Assembly: GCA_016748015.1 (NCBI GenBank)
Contig: JAAOMT010000441.1
Coordinates: 186,001 to 250,000, forward strand
Direction: 5' to 3'
Origin: Geosiphon pyriformis uo1
Lineage: Eukaryota; Fungi; Glomeromycota
DNA: 64,000 nucleotides
The position numbers and the translations under genes were made by a program. How positions within the stretch are numbered: the first letter of the stretch is position 1; each line of letters starts with the position of its first letter. The notes beneath the pieces are model-generated. The model had not been told where the DNA came from. It did not search any database and was given only the letters and a program-made list of their open reading frames with translations. This document shows, piece after piece, positions 1 through 9,726 of the stretch.

Positions 1-106
1 AACGTGGACCAGCGAAGAAAGATCCGAATGGAACCAGGTAAGTTCACGAAGAAACCACCAGTGACGCAGACCAAAGCTAGAATACTCGGTTTGCAAGAAG
101 AAACTC

Positions 107-2829
107 TTGTCTATGACTGCGTGCAGCACACCGGATGAAGACCCAAGAAACCCCACCCACTACTATTGTAACCGTTATAACAAAGAAAAATACAGTTACC
201 CAGAAAGACACGGAAAATGGGACGAGGAACCGTGCCTCGCTTGTGGAGAACCATTACCAAGAGGGTGCGACTGGAACAACTTACCAGGCAGAGAAAAAAC
301 GTGTGACGCAACTTGCCAATACACAATCCTCATCTGTGACTGGATAAGAGGAGGAACGCCATTCGAAGCAGCATTCAACAGAGCATTAAAAAGACTACAG
401 CACTACCTACACGACGAGGACGAATTGTACAACACCGCACAAGCCAAAGTAAGAGGAGGAACTGCTGAAAAAATACGACATTGGAAAGAGTCAGCTGAAG
501 TAGCTGACGAAGTCGCCAGCTACAACATGTTCGACCCAGTGGACAAATTCCAGGACTACTACCAACAACTATGCCCCACTCGACAAAAGCAAGAACAATA
601 CCTTGCCCAAATCAACACTTACCTCTGCGAAAACTGTCTCATCCCGTGCCAAAGTCAGTGCTGTGAAGAGTGTCAAGACGAAAGAGACTTAGAAAGAAAA
701 ATGGAAATTGAGAATCAGCAGTCTCAAAATCAATCAATAAATCAACAAGACTTACCTGACAGTCCTGAGTTAGAAAAATTTGTAGCCTATACTGACCTAG
801 AACAGGTGACCGACATCCGATACTTCGACAACGGGCACTTAGGAATAATACTCAAAAGAGCCCATCCAACCGATGCCAGATTCGATCTACGTTATCCGGA
901 AGACCAATCCACAACATTACCACCCAAGAGCATCACCAAAATTGACCTAAAAATAGCGGTTGAAATTCTGCCAGGAATAATGGTTCAAATGGCGTCGCGA
1001 TCAAGCCTCGCGAAAAAAGGAATAAGCGTTCAAGGAGGAGTAATTGACTCTGGATACACTGGAAATTTGATGGTTTTGCTACAGAACAATTCAGAAAAGC
1101 CTTATACCATTGAATCTAAGGAAAAGATTGCACAAGCAATTTTCCTACCATTGGTAAAAATTGGGAAATTCGTGCCAGTGGAAAATNNNNNNNNNNNNNN
1201 NNNNNNCCTACCATATGGAAAATCAGAAATAAGAATAAAAAGGACAATTAAAGAAAAAGACCTAATATTTGAGCCCTACTCAGAAACTTGCCAACAGTTT
1301 CTTATAGGACTTACTAACCTTTTTATTCCAGCTGATAAAGCTCAATGGATAAAAATTCCTATCGCAAACACCACAGAAGAACCCGTCTACATTCCGGAAG
1401 ATACCATCATTGGATACCTTGGAACGGAGCTAGAAAACGCGTCAACACCACAAGAAATTCTAAATTTCCCAGAAATTGCCCTCTACTGTGAACTCACTTC
1501 AATAAATTGGCAACAACCATTAGAATGCTATCAATTTATGCCAAAAGAATTGGCCAAATTAAACATTGGAACAATAGATCCTGACCAATAGCAACAATTA
1601 AAAGCATTAATTTTAAAATACTCTGATATATTTTCAAGAAAAGGCGAATTTGGAAGAACCAACTTGGTTCAACACCAAATTCCCACTGGAGACGCCAGAC
1701 CTGAAAAACAATGCGCTTACCGTGTCCCACCAATGGAGCATAATTTTATCAGAGAAGAAGTCCAAAGCATGTTGGAAAAAGGAATAATACAACCATCAAT
1801 GAGCCCATGGTCCTCACCAGTTGTTTTAGTAAGGAAAAAGAACGGAAAAATTAGATTTTGCATCGACTATCGCAAACTAAACAGCAAAACAACCAAAGAC
1901 TCATACCCAATACCGTTAATTGACGAAATCTTCGACGTTTTTGGAGGAGCAAAATGGTTTTCTACACTGGACTTGACCAGTGGGTACTGGCAAATGGAAA
2001 TGGACCCAAAGGACAGGCATAAAACAGCATTCACAACACAAAATGGCAATTATGAGTTCAATGTAATGCCATTTGGATTAACAAATGCTCCCATGACATT
2101 CCAAAGACTAATGGACGTAATTTACTCCAGAATCCTGTGGCAATCTGTTGTTGTCTACTTAGATGATACAAATGTTTTCTCGTCAAAATTCACGGATCAT
2201 CTCCAACATTTACAACAAGTTTTTGAAAGATTGAGACACGCTGGACTTAAACTAAATNNNNNNNNNNNNNNNNNNNNNNNNNNNNNNNNNNNNNNNNNNN
2301 NNNNNNNNNNNNNNNNNNNNNNNNNNNNNNNNNNNNNNNNNNNNNNNNNNNNNNNNNNNNNNNNNNNNNNNNNNNNNNNNNNNNNNNNNNNNNNNNNNNN
2401 NNNNNNNNNNNNNNNNNNNNNNNNNNNNNNNNNNNNNNNNNNNNNNNNNNNNNNNNNNNNNNNNNNNNNNNNNNNNNNNNNNNNNNNCTTGGAGCCATTC
2501 TGTCACAAAAAGATGATAATGGAAGAGAACGTGTAATCGCTTATGCCAGCAGAAGTCTCAGTACAGCAGAACAAAACTACGCAGCACATGAACTTGAATG
2601 CTTAGCAGTAGTCTGGAGTTGTGTTCACTTTGACACATATTTACGGTACCAACCCTTTGAAATTATGACAGATCATAGAGGTCTGGTCTGGTTAAATAAC
2701 AAGAAAGTGCTAAAAGAAAAATATGCCAGATGGTCACAAATGTTAGCACCATACGATTATATTATCAAATACAAAGAAGGTACCAAAAATGCTAATGCCG
2801 ACTGTTTGTCAAGAATGAGACACACATAA
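107..2829 (+). pseudogene. pol: pol of element A: Cys-rich domain, dUTPase, dUTPase-like, RT, RNase H (one TAG at 1589, probably from CAG; two N gaps)
   Basis: ORFs 107..1591 and 1664..2536 are in the same frame; RT motifs SPWSSPVVLV, RFCIDYRKLN, LDLTSGYWQ, MPFGL, YLDD; RNase H LGAILSQ..IAYASR..ELECLAVVW..TDH..NADCLSR ending TAA 2827-2829. Confidence 0.92.
818..1186 (+). CDS. dut: dUTPase domain (trimeric type) within pol of A
   Basis: Motifs DARFDL, RSSLAKKG, GVIDSGYTG, KIAQAIF; motif 5 falls in the N gap. Confidence 0.93.
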
Positions 2830-2858
2830 AAATCACCAACCCACCTGCCACAACAACA

Positions 2859-3445
2859 ATGAACAACCACCTTTACAAAAACCTCAGCCAATACTTGGAA
2901 ACACTACAAATAGACGAAAAAATGCCAGTAAAAGAGCTAATTAAGCTTCAAAAATTAGCAAAACACTATTTCATCCAAAATCACATACTTTATTACTGGA
3001 ATCGACAAAATTCAGATAATCCATTAAGAGTTATAACCACGGATGAAAAAGAAACTATCTTATTTAACATGCATTCAGATATTTATTCAGGCCACTTTGG
3101 AAAAACAGCAACCATTCAACGTGCAACTAGCCATTACTATTGGCCAAAAATGAGCTCAGACATAATCCAATACATAAGAAATTGTGACCCATGCCAACGA
3201 AAAGGAGGAGCAAAAACAACGGAATTATTAAAACCAATAAAAGTTGGACAGCCATTTGACAGAATCAGAATTGATTTAGTTGGACCCTTACCAATAACAA
3301 CAAGAAACAACCATTATATTGCAATAGCCATGGACTATCTCACCAAATGGCCAGAAGCTAGAGCTATTAAAACAGCTGATGCTATTTCCGTAGCTCAATT
3401 CGTACATGAAGACTTAATTTGCTAACATGGATATCCACAAGAATT
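2859..3445 (+). pseudogene. Integrase of A (own ATG; HHCC zinc finger plus start of core; truncated by deletion)
   Basis: HSDIYSGHFG..CDPCQ, IDLVGPLP, DYLTKWPEA. Confidence 0.92.
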
Positions 3446-3552
3446 ACAACAACAAATTAATAACACAGTATTGAACCACTATAGTAACTTAGAATTTAAT
3501 AAAGAAATTAACTTCGATTTCGACGGAGCTCAATCTTGAAAGGAGGGGATAA

Positions 3553-4288
3553 TGTTACAGTTTAAGAATTTAGAAAAAAGAATCATAAAAATAATACAAA
3601 CTATTCAATCATAATATAGCACAGTAATAATCTTAGAAAGGTAATGATTAACATAGTAGCAAACACCATCTCGCGATAGTGGCAAGCACCAGTTCACAAT
3701 AGCAGCCAACACCAATTGGTGATAGCAGCAAAACCAGGTTGAAATATCAAAAAGAAAGTATTTTCTCATAGAACTACAAACATGTATATATACAGTAGTT
3801 TTAATATTGGGAAATAATCAATGAAGTAATAAAAATCATAACTTATCAAGCAATAGATCCAATTTTATCCAACAAACTCTACTTTAAATCATACTTTCAA
3901 ATTAAATATCCCAAGAAATCTTTAAAATCAAAAAGAAATGAAAAAGAATATTTAAAACTAAACTATCACAACCCAAAGTATTAAGAAACTTACTTGTATT
4001 ATTTATTGAATGAAACTATCATTCATCAACTGAATCCCTTGGAAGAATAATCCTTGATCAAGATTATTCACGTTGTTACTAATTGATAAAAGCTTTATTG
4101 TGAGAATTAGAAAAGCACTAAAGACCATTAACATTCTGTGTTTCTAGATTAAAGAAACACATCAGGCAATTGCAAGGATAGCCTCAGAGAAGACCCCAGA
4201 CAGTGGGTAGATTTTAGTTCAGCCTCTGAGAAGGAGTACATAAACACACACAACAATCAAGAATTAAAGAATAACTTACATCGCAACA
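3553..4288 (+). repeat. 3' LTR of element A
   Basis: Follows the PPT; TGTTA...CAACA termini; TATATA box at ~3785; U3 repeats 3655-3738. Confidence 0.8.
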
Positions 4289-4417
4289 GTAAAAAAAAAG
4301 CCTTCAGTATAACAGTGACATTATCACACAAATAAAACTGAGGAACTCACGAAAGACTGATTGCAATTAAAGTGGGATATCAGCAATTAAATATAACAAG
4401 AAAACCATCCCATAACA
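4289..4417 (+). repeat. Terminal remnant of an older LTR into which A inserted
   Basis: Ends CCCATAACA, like the family C/D LTR ends; abrupt switch to LINE sequence at 4418. Confidence 0.5.
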
Positions 4418-5506
4418 AGGGCATTTGGGTGTGGTTGGCAATAAGTGTGCTAATGCTCTGGCTTGTGCCACAGCACATTCAGACTTGGTTCTCCCTGCTA
4501 AGATTTTTAATAGGTTTCTTGTGGCAAATGGGCTCATCATCTCTGATAATGCTTGATGTTTTATGCATAATGTTTATCATACTGTGAATTGGGCTTTGTA
4601 GGAAGCTGGGCCTGATGTTAATGTGCTAAACAAGTTGGTTATAAGGCGTATTGACTGGAAGTACACTGCATCTGTGTGATATCCAAACTCTCATATGTTG
4701 GCAGGTTTTACTGGTAGAAAATTGGCTGCTTTGCATACTTATCTGATAAAGGCTGTCCATAAGAGATTGCCAGTTGCTGTTCATAAAAAACTATATGACA
4801 AATGCTATCTAAGTATTTTGTGTCTGATGTGTGATGAGGTTGAGTTTTCTGATCATGCTTTCACATGTTCTGCAGATGCTGTGGTTTGTTCGGAAGTTGT
4901 TTTCAATTCTGTGGTTTTGTAAAAGTCATTGGCAGATAATTGTTTCTCAGTTTTGTTTTCGATATTGCTTGCTTTGATAGAGTCCATGGATAGTAGTATA
5001 TATATTGCAGTATGCAAAGGTTTTGTTTTTAAGGATTGAATTGAGGAAGCTATTTATATATTTGGTGGTAGGAAAATAGCCATGTCAGTGATTGTCAATT
5101 TTATTCACCATTTGGCTAATAATCATTACAGTAGAGCATGGTTGTTGAGGTCTAAATTTTGTGTTGATATGGAGAAAAGTGGTTTAATTTGTGATACTGG
5201 TGCTATTTTTGCTCCTTTGCATAGTTTGTTCTGTTAGCTGTCCAAAAGTACAGTTTGCATGCTTGGTATTATTGAGTCATTTGCTGTTAGGTTTGGTTTA
5301 AGAAAGCATTGTTTGTTTTTTTCTGGTTTGGATACTGGTTTAGGAGTTTTTGTAAGTGTGTAATGCTGCCTTGATGGGCCCAAGTGGCTGGTTACATATA
5401 ATAAGCACATAAGCCACATTTAGTTCGATTTATTTTGCTTTGTTTCTGTATACTAGATAGTAGTTAGGCTGCACTCATTAATCAATAAAAAAAATAATAA
5501 TAAAAA
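4418..5506 (+). mobile_element. Decayed LINE (non-LTR) 3' end with zf-RVT-type cysteine motif and A-rich tail
   Basis: ORF 4695..4922 KAVHKRLPVAVHKKLYDKCYLSILCLMCDEVEFSDHAFTC (CxxC..H..C); A-rich tail ~5485-5506. Confidence 0.8.
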
Positions 5507-5559
5507 CTAATTGTTAAATTTTAATAATTAATTTTTAATTTATACTTAAATATTAATAT

Positions 5560-5971
5560 CACTTTATTAATTTAGTCCTTAAAAATAAAATCTTTATATA
5601 AGATCTTATAAATATTTATGTTCAATATTTCTAAAAAAAAAGTACATAATACAAAAAATAATAACAAAAAACAAAATCTCACTAATAACTTCTATAGCTT
5701 AACATAATCCAATAAAATTTCAAAGTACACAAAAACATTTTTTGGATAAGTGAAAACATGATTAAGTAGCTTAATATTATTACAAAACAAATATAACACA
5801 TTTAGATAATTTTTATTATAGAATTTTTTTCTAATTACAATTAACAGTTTTCTATAAACTGTTTTTATTAAATATATACAAAAAGCTGTTAAGATTTTGC
5901 TGATAAACTTAGAAAGCATATGAAAATCTGGATACTAAACTAAAGTAATATAATATTAATTAATGTTTTAA
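5560..5971 (-). mobile_element. More decayed LINE 3' fragment (same type, opposite strand)
   Basis: ORF 5692..5919 is homologous to 4695..4922 (YLIKTVYRKLL..YLFCNNIKLLNHVFTY). Confidence 0.7.
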
Positions 5972-6583
5972 TATTATAGACAATTATTTAAAATATTAGA
6001 ATAAATGACAAACTCATAACTTGGTGCTCAATAGCTATTAATAATAATAATTTTTAAAGATTTTGGTTGTATTTTTTGTATTATGAACAGAGATTTAATT
6101 GATGATTTCTTCTATAAATTTTTTTTTAGTATAATAACTAGTTTAATTTGACAGTTGTGTCTTTTTGATAAGCTATTCTTAAGTTTTTTACTCTTGTTTT
6201 ACAGATCTTTTAACAGATTATTTTTGATATTAATTATTCAAAATTTAATCTTTTTACTTAATTAATAAACAACAAAAAAAAATAAAAATAAAAATAAATA
6301 AAAAATTGATATCTTATTAATAATCATAATTAAGAATTATTGTTCTAGTGTAATTAAGTATTGTATTTTATTAACATAAATTGTTGATAATAAAAAAATT
6401 ATAAAAATTTTTAATCAAGCAACAATAATATGAATTGAATAATAATTAAGTATTTTATTAATATAGATATAATTTATTTTAATTTATAGAAAACTATTTT
6501 TTGAAGAAAATGATATTGAATAATTATTTATTTTTAGCTACTGTTCTGTTTTTTTGCTTTTAATACATTTGCTATATATATAT

Positions 6584-7247
6584 TGTTACAGTTAAAACTT
6601 ATACTTTTTATTAATTATTATATGTATTAGTCATTAATATTATATAATTAGCCACCTTATTTTTAGATAATGATTATTGATCTAGTTATTAATCTAGTTG
6701 TTGACCACTTCTAATAGCTATATAAGTAATAAGTTTCTTAGCTATAGAAAGACATGATCAAAGTAATAAAATAAAATATTATTAATTACTTTTTTTTATA
6801 TTATTTATTCCCTTTTTTCTACCTTCAAATATCTGAACATTTTGAAATAAAAGATTACTTGTTGACATTCACATATCTTATCTTTTCTCTTTCTTGATTT
6901 GTATTTGTTAGAATTAGCCTAAGAAGTGATTGCTTGCTCTTGTGATTCATTGAATAAAAAAATAATTAAAAAACACAATAATATCTGTTATTAATTCTAA
7001 GAATTGCCAAGTTGAAACATAGAATAATAGCAGCAGTGTTATTTTATTGACAATCATAGACTATTTCTCTATTTTCAAATTTTCAGAAAAGATTTACAAC
7101 TGTGATTTTTATAAGACTGATTATGCACATTGAATTCTTATCTATTTAATTTGCTTCCTTATTGTAATTTTCTTTTTAATTATTTCTATTACTCTACAAT
7201 TTTGTTCTCTTTTGCTATCCATTAATTTGTTATTTCAACCCATAACA
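6584..7247 (+). repeat. 5' LTR of C
   Basis: TGTTACAG...CCCATAACA; direct repeat of 34384-35104; decayed PBS TAGTGCTCCTTATAAG at 7254. Confidence 0.9.
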
Positions 7248-8793
7248 TAAAAGTAGTGCTCCTTATAAGATTGTCAAAATCCACTTTGTTTCTTATTATA
7301 TGAGTAATTATTCATACCTGTCACAACAATCAGAAGAACACTTTAAAGCACACAACAAAAACAATCTGGCCTTTATTGAACTCAATTTTTTCTCCTTCTG
7401 CTTGATTTGCTTCTTTATTGAAAAACAATCTAGCAAGACTTTTGAAACTGGTTCCTGAATGAGCATTCAGCTAAAACCTATACAGTCTATACAACTTATT
7501 ACTTTGATTAAACTTATTTTGAAAACAACTTTAAAGAAAGAAACAACAGCATCAATTAGCTTTTATAGTCCACAACCTTTGAACAACAGTCCTCTAATTT
7601 CGAATATTTAAATCACCAAATTCACATTTGAATTGCTGCTCACCAGTTAGCTAAAACCTCCTTTGAAACAGAAAAAAAAAGTTATCAAGCTGCTCTTGTT
7701 TTTAATCTCTTCTTAAATAAATCAGAACATTCTACATAAACAGTTACTTTTGGCTAATAATCTTATACAAGCTAACATTCTGACTGCCCTTTAGGGTATA
7801 CAAATTGCTTTAGAGTAAAGAAACAATATCTTATTACCATTGTTACCTGAATAGAAAAACTGATTCAAAGTTATGAAGAAATGTGACCAAAATGTAACAT
7901 AACACAGAATAATGCACAATAATATTGGATAACACATTATAACTTAGAATAATGCAGAATAATGCATTATAACATAGGATAACACAGAATAACATGTAAT
8001 AACACCAAATAACATATTATAACATAGGATAACTAGTAATAACATAGAAAAACAAAGCAATTACAGAAATAGCAAAGCAATAGTTAGCAATAACAGAACA
8101 ATCAGAAGTAATTCTGTAGAACAAAAAGAATGTATAAAATGAGTAGCTGTAAAAGTTAGAAAGACATCCAGAAAAAAAATTAGACTTTTAGAAGTCAATT
8201 AAACTCTCAGAGTCAATTAGACTTGCAAGTCATAATTATTAAATACTCCTCCTTTCAAAGATAGTTGCTATTAACTAAAATAGATTTATATCAATAAAAT
8301 ATCCTTTTAATTCTTCAAATCCATGTTATTATCCACTACTTAACCTGCTGGCACAATAGCTCTTGATCACAGCTATTGACAGAACACTTATTTCTTATTT
8401 TTATTTTCTTTATTTTCTTTATTTTCTTTTATTTTCTTTTATTTTCTTTTCTTTTGTTTATTTTTTTCTCTTGTGGAGTGATAATATAGAAAAATTGACT
8501 GTCTGAGAATAAACTTCGTGATAGCCTGGTAAAAAAGGGAGGCTCCTCCTAGATTTTGGATATTAACATTATCTTGATAACTTACCAGAAAAGCAAAAAG
8601 ACAACACCAGACTCTAATGATTGTGCTCGTTAGCTTGAAAAAAAAAGCTCACATTTACAGAAAACATTGCAATCAATGAAAAACAAACTCTGTGCCTTAT
8701 AACCAAAGAATTCAATAGGTAAATTCACATCCAGGAATAGACCTTTAGAAACTGATAACCAAAACTAAGCCAACAGAATTATGCAGAAGATGC

Positions 8794-9664
8794 TGTTACT
8801 CATAGAAATATAAGAAATATATTAGCATGATTATTAGCCAATCAGAAATAGATGTAGTAAATGTGGAATTCCAGAATTCCTCTCAGGAATTGCAGGATTC
8901 CAGGAATTTCAGAATTCCCTGATGAGGAATCACAGAATTCCAGAATTCCAGGATTCCTCTCAAAGAAATTGCAGGATTCCAGGAATTTCAGGATTCCTGT
9001 TGTGAAGAATCAAAAAATTGAGGAATTTCAATTATGTATATATAGCAATAGGATTAGAAGCTGAAAAGACAGACCTCTTAGTTTAGATTTAATCTAAGCA
9101 ACTCTTCAAATTACAATCATCTAATAAATAACTATTTGTTATCTCAAACTTATTTCACTATCAACATGAAGTGTTGATAGTAATTGATACTTAACCACAC
9201 TAGAACAATAGCTCTTGATCATGGCTATTGATAGAATACTAACTTGCAAATCACCTTGGCTTATTTCTTTTCTTTCTTTATTTCTTTTCTTTATTTTCTT
9301 GCTTTGATTTTATTGTTGTTTACTAACTCTATTAAGGATTAACACGCAGAGCACTGACGTCAAGATAAACATGACTGGTAAAAGACCCAGAAATAAGGGT
9401 AGAATACTCGATTAAGGATAGCTTACCAGAAGGAATACTGGCCATCAAACTGAGAAAAAAATTGATGAAACTGTGGTTTCGGGAAGCTATGGATAAAAAC
9501 TATTACCATTGAATCTCTGTCTATTATACAAAGAACTCAACCAAACCCTTCAGATACAAAACCTTCAGATACCAAACCTTCAGATTATTGACAACAAGAA
9601 TAGCTTTGAGCACCAAGTTATGGGTTTGTATTTAATTCAACACCAGAAATTGTCACCTGTAACA
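8794..9664 (+). repeat. 5' LTR of B
   Basis: TGTTACTCAT...CTGTAACA; highly similar to 17875-18655 apart from U3 array length. Confidence 0.95.
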
Positions 9665-9666
9665 TT

Positions 9667-9684
9667 TGGTGCTTTCTGTGAAGT
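9667..9684 (+). promoter_or_regulatory. Primer binding site of B (TGGTGCTTTCTGTGAAG; possibly elongator tRNA-Met)
   Basis: TGG starts 2 nt after the LTR end; tRNA identity is inferred only. Confidence 0.75.
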
Positions 9685-9726
9685 ATAATTTTACAAAAAA
9701 CCAGCACCAACAAACACCATCCAAAA

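Larger units (their letters stand above)
1..4288 (+). mobile_element. Ty3/Gypsy LTR retrotransposon A (5' part beyond window; least decayed copy; internal IN-ORF3 deletion)
   Basis: Cys-rich, dUTPase, RT (YLDD), RNase H and integrase in Gypsy order; PPT GAAAGGAGGGGATAA then LTR TGTTACAG...CGCAACA. Confidence 0.93.

Noticed and set aside
818-1186. Host or viral (caulimovirus/retrovirus) dUTPase gene
   Set aside because: In frame within an LTR-flanked, integrase-containing Gypsy pol; no env or movement protein
8861-9064. 67-aa repetitive ORF / CRISPR-like look of the GGAATTCC array
   Set aside because: Tandem U3 repeat without unique spacers or cas genes; the ORF is a by-product
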